Source of the DNA: Deltaproteobacteria bacterium
GTDB lineage: Bacteria; SAR324; NAC60-12
NCBI GenBank assembly: GCA_038150265.1
Contig: JAYOTF010000005.1
Coordinates: forward strand, 32,001 to 96,000
Direction: 5' to 3'
Length of the DNA stretch: 64,000 nucleotides
In this document: positions 1 to 11,360 of the stretch, piece by piece
Layout of the letters: each line of letters starts with the position of its first letter
Position numbering within the stretch: position 1 is the first letter of the stretch
The notes under the pieces: model-generated
Database searches by the model: none
What the model saw: only the letters and a program-made list of their open reading frames with translations
What the model was told of the DNA's origin: nothing
Made by a program: the position numbers and the translations under genes

Positions 1-412
1 TTCGCTGGTGCTCGTGTACCTCTCCGGTGTGATGATGCACATCTGGACGATCAAGGGCTACTTTGACCGCATCGACTCGTCGCTGGACAAGGCCGCTGCC
101 ATTGATGGCGCCACCCCGTGGCAGACGTTCCGGTACGTCTTTCTGCCGCTGGCAGTGCCCATCATGTCGGTGGTGTTTGTGCTGGTTTTCATCAGCGTGA
201 TCAACGACTACCCGCTGGCGTCCGTGCTGATTCGTTCGGAGGAGAACCTGACCCTGGCGGTGGGGTCGCGGCTGTACCTGAATGAGTTCAAGTACCTGTG
301 GGGGGATTTTGCGGCAGCAGCGATCCTGTCCGGACTGCCCATCACCGCTGTCTTCCTGATCGCCCAGCGCTACCTCGTCTCCGGACTTTCGGAAGGAGCG
401 GTGAAGGGCTGA
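1..412 (+). CDS. malG: Sugar (maltose/maltodextrin-type) ABC permease, MalG-like, 5'-truncated by window edge
   Basis: [21 protein letters not shown] is an EAA-loop variant; [14 protein letters not shown] and C-terminal GLSEGAVKG are typical of MalG/GanQ. Confidence 0.8.
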   Translation, partial: SLVLVYLSGVMMHIWTIKGYFDRIDSSLDKAAAIDGATPWQTFRYVFLPLAVPIMSVVFVLVFISVINDYPLASVLIRSEENLTLAVGSRLYLNEFKYLWGDFAAAAILSGLPITAVFLIAQRYLVSGLSEGAVKG

Positions 413-424
413 GCCGGGGCTTGG

Positions 425-2233
<1,809 letters not shown>

Positions 2234-2309
2234 CAGCTTCCGTGCGTTTGCGTCCAAGGGGGGAAATCAAATGAAGTGGCTAGAACTATAGTGAGAACCG
2301 GGCTGATTG

Positions 2310-2627
2310 TCAAAGGAGCGCCAGTTCCAGGTGGGGGTAGGGGAGCTCAAACGACTGCGCCTCGGGAGTGCCCGAGGCATGCAGGAGCTGGATGCCCAGA
2401 AACGAGGAGTGAAAGGTCAGGTAGGCCTGGGTGTGCCCTGATGCCAGCGGCGCCTCAAGGGTCAGTTCCGTTTCGGTGAGAATGGAGCCGCAGAGGTCCA
2501 GCTCGAGCACCTCCTCCAGGCGTCCCTGCAGGTCCGGGAGTTCCGGGTTCTCAGGGGCTGTGAGGCGGACCGGGTGCTGAGGATGCTGCCGGCACCACGC
2601 GATGGCGGTTTCCCGAGTCCAGTCCAT
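2310..2627 (-). CDS. Hypothetical protein (105 aa)
   Basis: ATG 1 nt after the obg stop, same strand as obg and parE; no recognisable motif. Confidence 0.6.
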   Translation of the reverse strand: MDWTRETAIAWCRQHPQHPVRLTAPENPELPDLQGRLEEVLELDLCGSILTETELTLEAPLASGHTQAYLTFHSSFLGIQLLHASGTPEAQSFELPYPHLELALL

Positions 2628-2628
2628 G

Positions 2629-3690
2629 TCAGTCTTCCCAGATCGAGTAATCAGGTGGGGTCTCGGCTTCCTCGGCCCATCGGTCGTGCCGGGCCTGATG
2701 AACGATGCCGGCCAGGTGCCGGAGCAGGTCGTTCAGGCCCTGCCCTGCCACCGAGGAGATCCGGAACACCGACTCTCCGGCTGCTTGTAACGCCTGCTCG
2801 ACTTCAGCGACCTCGGCTTCCTCGCTGATGCTGTCGAGCTTGGTCAGGGCCACCGCCCGGGGCTTTTCCAGCAGCGACGACTCGTAGAGGCCGAGCTCGT
2901 TGATCAGCATCTCGTATTCCTCAAGCGGGGGATGCTCGGAAAAGCCCGAGACGTCGAGCAGCAGCAGCAGCATGGCGGTCCGCTCAATGTGCCGCAGGAA
3001 GCGATCGCCAAGGCCTCGGCCTTCGTGGGCGCCTTCGATGATGCCGGGAATGTCGGCAATGACAAAGGGGTCGAACTCGTCATGCTTGACGACGCCCAGC
3101 TGCGGAACCAGGGTGGTGAAGGGGTAGTCGGCAATCTTGGGCGTGGCCTTGGAAACGGAGCTGATGAGGGTGGACTTTCCGGCATTGGGGAAGCCAACCA
3201 GGCCGACATCGGCCATCAGCTTCAGCTCCAGCCGGACCCACATCTCGACGCCGTCCTCTCCGGGCTGGTGGAAGTCGGGGGCTCGGTTCCGGGAGGTCTT
3301 GAAGCTGGCGTTGCCGCGTCCGCCGCGTCCGCCTTCCAGGAAGCGATACGGGCGGGGCTCCAGAATTTCCAGCAGCACCTCCTCCTGATTTTCCTCATCC
3401 TTGACGACGGTTCCGAGCGGGACGGGGATGTAGAGGTCTTCGCCGTTGCGTCCCTGCTTGTCGCTTCCGCCACCGGCCTGTCCGTTTCCGGCATGCTGGT
3501 GTTGCTGAAAGGCAAGGTCGAGGAGGGTGGCGTGATTGTGGTCTCCCACAAAGTAAACGTCGCCGCCCTTGCCGCCGTTTCCACCGTTGGGGCCGCCCAT
3601 GGCGACAAACTTCTCACGCCGGAAGGCGGTGCAGCCGGAGCCTCCGCTTCCGGAGCGAACCTGGATCTTGACAGAATCAACAAACTTCAC
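2629..3690 (-). CDS. obgE: GTPase ObgE/CgtA
   Basis: KFVD start, FRREKF..GGPNGGNGGKGG Obg fold, GFPNAGKST, YPFTTL, DIPG, TKLD. Confidence 0.97.
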   Translation of the reverse strand: MKFVDSVKIQVRSGSGGSGCTAFRREKFVAMGGPNGGNGGKGGDVYFVGDHNHATLLDLAFQQHQHAGNGQAGGGSDKQGRNGEDLYIPVPLGTVVKDEENQEEVLLEILEPRPYRFLEGGRGGRGNASFKTSRNRAPDFHQPGEDGVEMWVRLELKLMADVGLVGFPNAGKSTLISSVSKATPKIADYPFTTLVPQLGVVKHDEFDPFVIADIPGIIEGAHEGRGLGDRFLRHIERTAMLLLLLDVSGFSEHPPLEEYEMLINELGLYESSLLEKPRAVALTKLDSISEEAEVAEVEQALQAAGESVFRISSVAGQGLNDLLRHLAGIVHQARHDRWAEEAETPPDYSIWED

Positions 3691-3693
3691 GGA

Positions 3694-4815
3694 TCAACTC
3701 GTTCCGGGTTCAAAAAAGGCCACAAAGGCATCGGGTAGTTCCAATTCTAGCTGCTGATTGAGGTGAACCACAAACGGATGCAGCGCTTGCTTGAGGCATT
3801 CGGCGTATCCGGGGGTACCGGGCTCGGCGGTGAGTTCCTGATACTGCTGCCCCGCGAGACGGAGGATGACCTTGGCGTGCCGAGGCGCCTCGTCTCCTTC
3901 CTGGAGGGATTCCAGCAGGTCGGCATCCGAGGTCCCGACCAGGAGGTAGGTAAAGGAGTGCTCAAAGCGGAGCACATGAAAGGGCTGGAGGACCCCCAGG
4001 CGATCCCGCAGGGTTTCCAGAAATTGGGAAAACTGCTCCCGCCGTTCTTCCGTCTCCCAGAACTCGAGGGAGGTCGTGTTGAGCTGTGGGTGCGTGGTGG
4101 CGTTGCACAGCCGGAAGAACTCCTGGTGCTCATAGAGGAGGATGTCCGGGTGAGCCTCCAGGTTGGGGCCCTGTTGCTCCAGGGCATGGAAGGTCTCCTG
4201 CAGGGCCGATTCGGAAAGCAGGGCCTCCTTTGTCTGGGCCCGTTGCTCCAGCTGCCCCTGCTTCCACTCTTCCAGAAAGCGCGTCTTGAGGCCGAGGTAC
4301 TCGGCAAAGGTCGAGGACGTCAGCACCTCCCGGATGTCGCCGTCAAGGTCATGGGCCTCGTTTTCCAGGTCAATCTCCTGCAGCAAGGCCTCCAGCTGTG
4401 GGAGGCTTTCAGCATCAGGGTAGGCCTTCTGGAGCTGCTTGAGGGTCCGGAGGGTGCGCTTGAGCTTGAGGACCGTGCGGTGCTTGTATTCCTCAGGCGT
4501 GCAGGCCTGGGGCTCGGTTTCCTCAAACACCTCACAGGGCAGACGGGCGCCATTGGGTCCCGGCAGCGAGACCGCCCAGGCCGGATTCTTCGGAAGCCCC
4601 TTTCCTGCCAGCAGCAGGTCGACCAGTGTGGCCTGCACCCAGGGCACCACGTCTCCGAGCAGCGGAATCTGGGCAAGGCGCTGCTGGACGCGCTGAAAGT
4701 ACCGGGCTGCCGCCTGCTGGCGCTGCTGGCGCGGGCTGGGGTCTTCTGCACCTTCCGAAGAGGAACGCGTCGCGTTCGGATAGAGAGTCAGCTTCAAGTC
4801 AGCATCATCCGGCAT
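3694..4815 (-). CDS. Hypothetical protein (373 aa, helical, Glu/Gln/Leu-rich)
   Basis: Long ORF ending 3 nt before the obg start; protein-like composition. Confidence 0.65.
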   Translation of the reverse strand: MPDDADLKLTLYPNATRSSSEGAEDPSPRQQRQQAAARYFQRVQQRLAQIPLLGDVVPWVQATLVDLLLAGKGLPKNPAWAVSLPGPNGARLPCEVFEETEPQACTPEEYKHRTVLKLKRTLRTLKQLQKAYPDAESLPQLEALLQEIDLENEAHDLDGDIREVLTSSTFAEYLGLKTRFLEEWKQGQLEQRAQTKEALLSESALQETFHALEQQGPNLEAHPDILLYEHQEFFRLCNATTHPQLNTTSLEFWETEERREQFSQFLETLRDRLGVLQPFHVLRFEHSFTYLLVGTSDADLLESLQEGDEAPRHAKVILRLAGQQYQELTAEPGTPGYAECLKQALHPFVVHLNQQLELELPDAFVAFFEPGTS

Positions 4816-4966
4816 GGTGCATCCTGCTTTGAAAAAGCCATGAGGTTAAGATAACCTTCCAAGAAGGGCAAGTGGCTTCGCTTGACCTGCACGCCTGCCC
4901 GCCGTCTGGAACATCCGCTTTGTTAATGGGCTCTCCGGAGCCTGTCTTTTGAGGCCTGAAACCCTT

Positions 4967-5350
4967 ATGGAAACAGCTACCACACGAGGCTTTGAAGTCT
5001 CTGTTGAATCGTTTTATCTGGAAGAACACTCGGTTCCCGAGGAAGACCGTTACACCTTTGCCTACCGCATCCGCTTGCACAACAAAGGCGCGGAGACCGT
5101 ACAGCTCATCAGCCGGCACTGGATCATCACCGACAGCACCGGCGAGGTGACCGAGGTTCAGGGTGAAGGCGTGGTGGGCGAGCAACCGGTTCTGGCTCCG
5201 GGGGAGGAGCACGAGTACACCAGCGGCTCCCACCTGAAGTCACCGATGGGGACCATGCAGGGAACCTACCAGATGCGAACCTCATCGGGCGAGACCTTTG
5301 ATGCCGAAATCCCCTGCTTCACCCTGGCGGGACCAACGCTGGTGAACTAA
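4967..5350 (+). CDS. apaG: ApaG protein
   Basis: YTFAYRIRL, QLISRHWIITD, EVQGEGVVGEQPVL, GTMQGTYQM. Confidence 0.96.
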   Translation: METATTRGFEVSVESFYLEEHSVPEEDRYTFAYRIRLHNKGAETVQLISRHWIITDSTGEVTEVQGEGVVGEQPVLAPGEEHEYTSGSHLKSPMGTMQGTYQMRTSSGETFDAEIPCFTLAGPTLVN

Positions 5351-6243
5351 ACGGGCGGCTGCATCGTGGAGCGGATCGCCTCGGCCATCTGCTGATAACA
5401 CAGGGTCCGGCGAGACGACTTCCGGAAGAGCAGCCCAATCTTGCGAGAGGGCTGAGGCGCTTCAAAGGGCAGGTAGTGGACCGGCAGCGAACGGGTGGAG
5501 TTGCCCTGAACCGCCAGCTCCGGCATCAACGTGACTCCCATTCCTGCAGACACCATGTGCCGCAGCGTTTCGAGGCTGGTGCCCTGAAAGCCCTGACTCT
5601 CTGTGGCTCCCGCAAGGGTGCACACCTCAAGCGCCTGATCCCGCAGACAGTGCCCATCTTCCAGCAGCAAGATGGCCTCCTGGTGCAGGTCCTGAATCTG
5701 GGCGTACTGACGGTCGGCAAGGGGGTGCGCCTCCGGAACCGCCAGCCAGAAGGCTTCATCGTACAACTCCAGCACCTCCAGCCCCGTCAGGTCGACGGGG
5801 AGCGCCAGGATCACCGCATCCAGCTCCACGGCCTTGAGCCGCTCCAGCAACCGGTGGGTTTGCTCCTCAAAGAGAAACAGCTCCAGCTTCGGAAGCGCAG
5901 TGCGGATGGCCGACATGATGGCCGGAAGCAAGTAGGGCGCAACCGTTGGAATCAGTCCAAGCCGCACCTTGCCCCGGAGCGGGTCATTGAACGTCTGGGC
6001 GATCTCCTCGATCTGCTCCGCTTCAGCCAGGATCAGGCGCGCCCGACGCACCACTTCCTGTCCGACCGGAGTCAGGTTGACGCTCCGGCGGGTCCGCTCA
6101 ACCAACTGAACTCCCAGGTACTCCTCCAGCTTCCGGAGCTGCCCGCTGAGCGTCGGTTGCGTCACAAAGCACTTTTCGGAAGCCTTCCGAAAGTTTCGGA
6201 ACTCGTCCAGGGCGACGAGGTACTCCAGGTCACGCAGATTCAT
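5347..6243 (-). CDS. oxyR: H2O2-sensing LysR regulator OxyR
   Basis: MNLRDLEYLVAL LysR HTH; LLEDGHCLRDQALEVC carries both redox cysteines; TSLETLRHMV. Confidence 0.95.
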   Translation of the reverse strand: MNLRDLEYLVALDEFRNFRKASEKCFVTQPTLSGQLRKLEEYLGVQLVERTRRSVNLTPVGQEVVRRARLILAEAEQIEEIAQTFNDPLRGKVRLGLIPTVAPYLLPAIMSAIRTALPKLELFLFEEQTHRLLERLKAVELDAVILALPVDLTGLEVLELYDEAFWLAVPEAHPLADRQYAQIQDLHQEAILLLEDGHCLRDQALEVCTLAGATESQGFQGTSLETLRHMVSAGMGVTLMPELAVQGNSTRSLPVHYLPFEAPQPSRKIGLLFRKSSRRTLCYQQMAEAIRSTMQPPV

Positions 6244-6272
6244 GAATCTTCCAAATGAAAAGTTGGGCGGAC

Positions 6273-6309
6273 ATTGATAAAACCTATCAAAACCACGGAA
6301 AAAATCAAT
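6273..6309. promoter_or_regulatory. Putative OxyR binding site
   Basis: ATTG-N7-CTAT-N7-ACGG-N7-CAAT matches the spacing of ATAG-N7-CTAT-N7-ATAG-N7-CTAT, between oxyR and the divergent reductase. Confidence 0.7.
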
Positions 6310-6413
6310 TGGACAATCCGGACGCAGGCATTTAGTTTGGAATCATGTCTTGATGGCTGAATTCAAGTGAATCAGCCTCTCATCCTTGTTTTCCTTCAGG
6401 AACTGTTCAGGAG

Positions 6414-7844
6414 TTGCTTATGAGTGCTGTTCCGCTGCAAAAAGAAGTTGATGTGGCCATCATTGGGGCCGGAAGTGCGGGCCTGCCCGCGTACCGAGCC
6501 GCCCGAGCCTACACGGACCGCGTCGTGATGATTGAAGGTGGCCCTTACGGAACGACCTGTGCGCGGGTGGGGTGCATGCCGAGCAAGCTCTTGATTGCCG
6601 CCTCGGAAGCCGTTCACGAGATCGAACGAGCCCACGGATTCGGAGTGCATGCGCCGGCTCCGGAAGTCAATGGGGTGGAGGTGATGGACCGCGTCCGGCG
6701 CGAGCGGGACCGCTTTGTGGGGTTTGTGGTGGAGAGCGTTGAGAACATCCCGGCAGAGCACCACATCCGTGGGTATGCCCGCTTTCTGGATCCGCACACC
6801 CTCCAGGTGGATGACCACACCCGCATTCAGGCCAAGCGCATCATCATTGCCACCGGGTCCTCGCCCAACGTCCTCCCGCTCTTTGAAGGCGCTGGTGATC
6901 GCCTGATCGTCAACGATGATGTCTTCAACTGGGAGCAACTGCCCCAGTCGGTGGCCGTGTTTGGTCCCGGAGTGATCGGTCTGGAGATTGGGCAGGCGCT
7001 GCATCGCCTCGGGGTGAAGATCCGGATGCTCGGCGTCGGCGGCTTCCTGGGGCCGCTGAGCGATCCGGACCTCAAGGACTACGCGACGCGCTTGTTTCAG
7101 TCGGAGTTTCCGCTGGATCCGGACGCGACCATCCTCGGGATGGAGCGCACGGAAGGCGGCGTCCGGGTGCGGTTTGTTGACTCACAAACCGGCACGGAGC
7201 AGACGGAAGAGTTTGAGTACGTCCTGGCTGCCACCGGACGGAAGCCCAACGTGAAGGGGCTGGCGCTGGAAAACTCCGGGCTGGAGCTCGACCCGCGCGG
7301 GGTGCCGGTGTTCAACCCGCAGACGATGCAGTGCGGAGACAGCCACATCTTCATTGCCGGTGACGTCAACCACTCCCTGCCGCTGCTGCACGAAGCGGCC
7401 GATGAGGGCAAGATCGCAGGCACCAACGCGGGACGCTTCCCGGATGTGCAGAAGGGGCTTCGGCGTTCCCAGCTCAGTGTGGTCTTCTGCGATCCGCAGA
7501 TCGCCATTGTGGGCAACTCTTGGCAAGAGCTGGGTGGAGCGAATTTTGTGGTGGGAAAGGTGTCGTTTGAGAACCAGGGCCGCAGCCGCGTGATGCTCCG
7601 CAACCGCGGGCTCCTGCACGTCTATGCGGATGCCACCTCCGGACGCTTCCTGGGAGCAGAAATCTTTGGGCCGCAGGCCGAGCACCTGGGGCACCTGCTG
7701 GCGTGGGCGCATCAGCAGCAAATGACGGTGGCGCAGATGCTGGAAATGCCGTTTTATCACCCGGTCATTGAAGAAGGCCTGCGGACGGCCCTCCGGGAGG
7801 CCCAGGCTCAGGTCCGGGTGGCAGAAACGCGTCAGGCGGCATGA
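6414..7844 (+). CDS. Flavin-disulfide reductase (dihydrolipoyl dehydrogenase-like, OxyR-linked type)
   Basis: GAGSAG FAD motif, GTTCARVGCMPSK redox disulfide, GPGVIGLE, C-terminal YHPVIEEG; start 6414 or 6420. Confidence 0.88.
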   Translation: MLMSAVPLQKEVDVAIIGAGSAGLPAYRAARAYTDRVVMIEGGPYGTTCARVGCMPSKLLIAASEAVHEIERAHGFGVHAPAPEVNGVEVMDRVRRERDRFVGFVVESVENIPAEHHIRGYARFLDPHTLQVDDHTRIQAKRIIIATGSSPNVLPLFEGAGDRLIVNDDVFNWEQLPQSVAVFGPGVIGLEIGQALHRLGVKIRMLGVGGFLGPLSDPDLKDYATRLFQSEFPLDPDATILGMERTEGGVRVRFVDSQTGTEQTEEFEYVLAATGRKPNVKGLALENSGLELDPRGVPVFNPQTMQCGDSHIFIAGDVNHSLPLLHEAADEGKIAGTNAGRFPDVQKGLRRSQLSVVFCDPQIAIVGNSWQELGGANFVVGKVSFENQGRSRVMLRNRGLLHVYADATSGRFLGAEIFGPQAEHLGHLLAWAHQQQMTVAQMLEMPFYHPVIEEGLRTALREAQAQVRVAETRQAA

Positions 7845-7881
7845 ACCTCGGCGCCCGGCTCCCGAGTGGAGTCGGGTGCCT

Positions 7882-9828
7882 TCAGGACTGCAGGGCCGTC
7901 CGGAGGTGGGCAAACGCCTCCAGGCTCTCCGGGTTCGCCAACGCGGCCGTGTTTTCCACGGTCTCGCCTTCCAGGACCTGCAGCACCGCCTTTTCGACCT
8001 TCTTGCCCGAGATGGTCCGGGGGATGTCTGCCACCGCCAGCATCCGGGCCGGCACGTGGCGTGGCGTGGCATGCGTCCGGATGATCGCCCGAATCTTCTT
8101 CTCCAGCTCGTCGTTCAGTTCCAGGCCTTCCCGCAGAACAACAAAGAGCACCACCCGCACATCATCTTCCCAGGGCTGCCCCACTACGAGGCTGTCCACG
8201 ACCTCTTCCATGGCCTCCACCGGACGGTAGATCTCAGCAGTCCCGATGCGCACGCCTCCGGGATTGAGAACGGTGTCACTCCGTCCATAGACGATCACGC
8301 CGCCGCGCTCCGTGATTTCGACAAAGTCACCGTGGGCCCAGACGTCCGGAAAGCGGTCAAAGTAGGACTTTCGGTAACGCTGACCCTCCGGGTCGTTCCA
8401 GAAGAACACGGGCATGGACGGAAACGGGGTGGTGCACACCAGCTCCCCCTTTTCCCCCACCACGGGCTGACCTTCCGGCGAGAAGGCCGCGGTGCCCATT
8501 CCCAGCGGCAGGGATTGAATTTCCCCCCGGTACACCGGCAGGTTCGGGTTTCCGAGCATCAGGCAGCCCACGAGGTCGGTGCCACCGGAGATCGACATCA
8601 GGGGCATCTGGTCCGACACCGAGGCATAAACCCAGTCGAACAGCTCTTCTGAAAGCGGCGAGCCGGTGGACAGGATGGCCCGGAGCGACTGGAGGTTGTG
8701 GTGGTCCCTGGGGCAGTACCCCGCTTTCTGCACGGCTCCGAGGAACTTGGGGCTGGTGCCAAAGTGGGTGATGCGTTCCTCTTCCACCAACTCCCAGAGG
8801 CGAGAGACGTCCGGGAAGGTGGGCGCGCCATCGTAAAGAATCAGGGTGGCTCCAGAGGCGAGCCCACTGACCAGCCAGTTCCACATCATCCACCCGCAGG
8901 TGGTGTAGTAAAAGAAGCGGTCCCCCGGGTGGAGGTCGATGTGGTAGCGGTGCTCGCTGAGGTGCTTCAGCAGCACACCGCCAGACCCGTGGACGATCGA
9001 CTTGGGCAGGCCGGTGGTTCCGGAAGAGTAGAGGATCGCCAGCGGATGATCGAACGGAAGCTGCTCGAAGTGGGGGTCACTTGTTTCCGGAAGCCGCAGG
9101 TCATCCCAGGGCTCTTCGTTGGCCTGGAGCTCAATGGGAGAAGCGGTGAAGGGAATGACGAAGCGATGCTCAATGGAGGAGATGCGCTCAGCCACCTTGC
9201 GGACCTTCTCCAGGCAGTCGTGCTCCTTGCCATTGTAGTGGTAGGCGTTGACGGTGATGAGGACCTTCGGCTCAATCTGTCCAAGGCGGTCGTGGATGCC
9301 GCTGACACCAAAATCCGGAGAGCAGGAAGACCAGATGGCCCCGACGCTGGAGGACGCCAGCAGGCCAATGATGGCTTCCGGACTGTTGGTCACCACGGCT
9401 GCAACCCGATCTCCGGGCCCAATGCCGCGTTCCCGCAGGCCATGGGCGCATGCGTTGACGGCGTCTCGCAGCTCGGCGTAGCTCAGGCTCCGGCGGGTGC
9501 CCTCTTCTCCGACAAACCGGAGGGCTTCCTGATCGGCTGCGCCCCGGGCCAGGAGGTTTTCGGCAAAGTTGAGGCGTGCCCCAGGGAACCACTCGGTGCC
9601 GGGAAACCGAGGCGGCCCCATGACCTGCGTGTAGCCCTCGGAGGCAATCACCCCGGCATCGTCCCAGACGAGGCCCCAGAAGTCGGCCAGGTGCTCCACC
9701 GACCAGCGGTGCAGTTCCGGGTAGTCGGGGCGCTCCAGGGTGCCGGCATCTTGAAGCCGCTGCATCAGGTGCGTCATCCAGGTTCGGGAGAGCCAGTCTT
9801 CCGAGGGGGTCCAGAGGGGGAGATTCAT
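7882..9828 (-). CDS. Acetoacetyl-CoA synthetase
   Basis: WFPGARLNFAENLL, YSSGTTGLPKSIVH, TTCGWMMWNW, SISGGTD, GRSDTVLNPGGVRIGT, ALANPESL. Confidence 0.93.
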   Translation of the reverse strand: MNLPLWTPSEDWLSRTWMTHLMQRLQDAGTLERPDYPELHRWSVEHLADFWGLVWDDAGVIASEGYTQVMGPPRFPGTEWFPGARLNFAENLLARGAADQEALRFVGEEGTRRSLSYAELRDAVNACAHGLRERGIGPGDRVAAVVTNSPEAIIGLLASSSVGAIWSSCSPDFGVSGIHDRLGQIEPKVLITVNAYHYNGKEHDCLEKVRKVAERISSIEHRFVIPFTASPIELQANEEPWDDLRLPETSDPHFEQLPFDHPLAILYSSGTTGLPKSIVHGSGGVLLKHLSEHRYHIDLHPGDRFFYYTTCGWMMWNWLVSGLASGATLILYDGAPTFPDVSRLWELVEEERITHFGTSPKFLGAVQKAGYCPRDHHNLQSLRAILSTGSPLSEELFDWVYASVSDQMPLMSISGGTDLVGCLMLGNPNLPVYRGEIQSLPLGMGTAAFSPEGQPVVGEKGELVCTTPFPSMPVFFWNDPEGQRYRKSYFDRFPDVWAHGDFVEITERGGVIVYGRSDTVLNPGGVRIGTAEIYRPVEAMEEVVDSLVVGQPWEDDVRVVLFVVLREGLELNDELEKKIRAIIRTHATPRHVPARMLAVADIPRTISGKKVEKAVLQVLEGETVENTAALANPESLEAFAHLRTALQS

Positions 9829-9849
9829 GTGTGCCTCCTTAGTGCAAAC

Positions 9850-10305
9850 CTATTCGAGTTCCAGGGACGTCAGTTTCACTTCCACCTGCCCGTTCCAGTC
9901 CTTGGGAGCAAAGGGGTCGAGGTTGAAGCCAAATTCCCGGGCATCTCCGGGCTTCAGACGCTGCTTGGACTCCAGCGAGTAGCGGTTGACGGGGTAGAAA
10001 TCCTTGACTCCAAGCACCTCCCCGTTGTCTCCGAGGAAGTGGACCTCCAGCTTGGCCACCCGGACGGCGTACTCTCCGTTGTGCAGCAAGGTGCCAAAGA
10101 TGCCAGTGGTGAGCCCATCGCGCCCTTCCCCCAGTCCGACCTGGACGTTGAGCAGCTCAATGCGCTTGATTTCGTCTTCGGCTCGTTGAAACTGAGCCCG
10201 CTTGAAGGTGATCCAGCCTCCGGCCAGCACCAGGACGATTCCTCCGATGAGGAGGGGACGCCAGCGCTTCCAGGACGGGGGCGGTACGGTTGAAGGAGGA
10301 GTCAT
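9850..10305 (-). CDS. Membrane-anchored protein with a FxLYD/DUF3426-like Ig-type domain
   Basis: One N-terminal TM segment; IFGTLLHNG, HFLGDNGEVLG, LKPGDAREF; start uncertain. Confidence 0.55.
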   Translation of the reverse strand: MTPPSTVPPPSWKRWRPLLIGGIVLVLAGGWITFKRAQFQRAEDEIKRIELLNVQVGLGEGRDGLTTGIFGTLLHNGEYAVRVAKLEVHFLGDNGEVLGVKDFYPVNRYSLESKQRLKPGDAREFGFNLDPFAPKDWNGQVEVKLTSLELE

Positions 10306-10426
10306 GGGCCAATGGAGCAAGGGTCGAACAAGTGCCCTCAAAGTATAAAACCGATTGGTTTTCGGGTGCAAGCACCGGAATCGGACGGAGGCCAGGAAGT
10401 TCCGGAGAACGTCTTTGAAAAGCGGC

Positions 10427-10455
10427 TTGACTCAAGGGGCTGAAATTCGTAAATT
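10427..10455 (+). promoter_or_regulatory. Sigma-70-type promoter
   Basis: TTGACT-N17-TAAATT upstream of the small ORF at 10534. Confidence 0.55.
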
Positions 10456-10533
10456 TCTTGCTATCTTTGAGGCCGGAAGGGCCGCCCACCAGCGCCTTCC
10501 GGGAGATGCCATCACCCTTTCGCCACCCTGGTC

Positions 10534-10635
10534 ATGCACGAAATCAACATCCTTGTGAATTTTGCGGTGATCGCCGCCATCTACATCAGCCTGTTCCTGG
10601 TGTCGGAAAAAGTGTTCATGAAGGATTCGCACTGA
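10534..10635 (+). CDS. Small single-pass membrane protein (33 aa), not in ORF track
   Basis: Manual translation MHEINILVNFAVIAAIYISLFLVSEKVFMKDSH; hydrophobic core; stop overlaps the next gene's CTG (CTGA). Confidence 0.6.
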   Translation: MHEINILVNFAVIAAIYISLFLVSEKVFMKDSH

Positions 10636-11360
10636 AACGCCCCTTCCTTTTGCTTTTCGGACTGACGCTCCTGCTGATGGGGTGTCAGTCTGCATCACCT
10701 CCCCCTCCTCCCTCTTCAGCGACGACCCCGGGCCACCGGGCTTCCGGACGCATCCTCCTGCAGCACCTTGAGGAAAAACACAGCGGGGAACTGGACTTGC
10801 TGCTGGCGACCCCGACGGCAGGTCAGCCCGGTTACCTGCGCCTGCGCATCTTTGCGCCCATGATCGGGAGCCTGCTCTATGAGCTGCGCAGCTCTGCTAC
10901 CCGCCTGCAGGTGCTGAACTACCAGGAAGGCTTCTTCTGGGAAGGCGCGAACACCGAGGCCTCTCGGCGTGACTGGATTGGCATGGACCTGACGCTGCAG
11001 GAGCTGCAGCACCTCATCCGAGGAGAGGCCCCGGAAGTTCCGGGGGAGCCGGCCATGGCGCCCCCCTCCGACGGGCTGCAGGTGCAAACGGATGGCCCCC
11101 TCCGGTTTGAGCTGCTTTGGGAAGCCGGACGCCTGAAGGAGGTCACCAAGTTTGTTGACGACCTCTCGGAGTACCGGGTCGACTTCCTCGCCTACAGCGA
11201 CGGACCGGGAGGCTTTCCGAAGCGCCTTCGCATTGAAGATGACATTGGCCTGAACCGCATTGTGCTGGCGCTGACGCAATCTGAGCAGACGCTGGAATCC
11301 GACGGACCCCCGGATTTTACGGTTCCGGAGTCGCTCGAACCCTTTGACGCTCCCTATTGA
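10632..11360 (+). CDS. Lipoprotein, LolB/DUF4292-like
   Basis: Signal KRPFLLLFGLTLLLMGC with lipobox; LRLRIFAPMIG, C-terminal FPKRLRIED..RIVL resemble the LolB fold; start uncertain. Confidence 0.6.
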   Translation: MKRPFLLLFGLTLLLMGCQSASPPPPPSSATTPGHRASGRILLQHLEEKHSGELDLLLATPTAGQPGYLRLRIFAPMIGSLLYELRSSATRLQVLNYQEGFFWEGANTEASRRDWIGMDLTLQELQHLIRGEAPEVPGEPAMAPPSDGLQVQTDGPLRFELLWEAGRLKEVTKFVDDLSEYRVDFLAYSDGPGGFPKRLRIEDDIGLNRIVLALTQSEQTLESDGPPDFTVPESLEPFDAPY

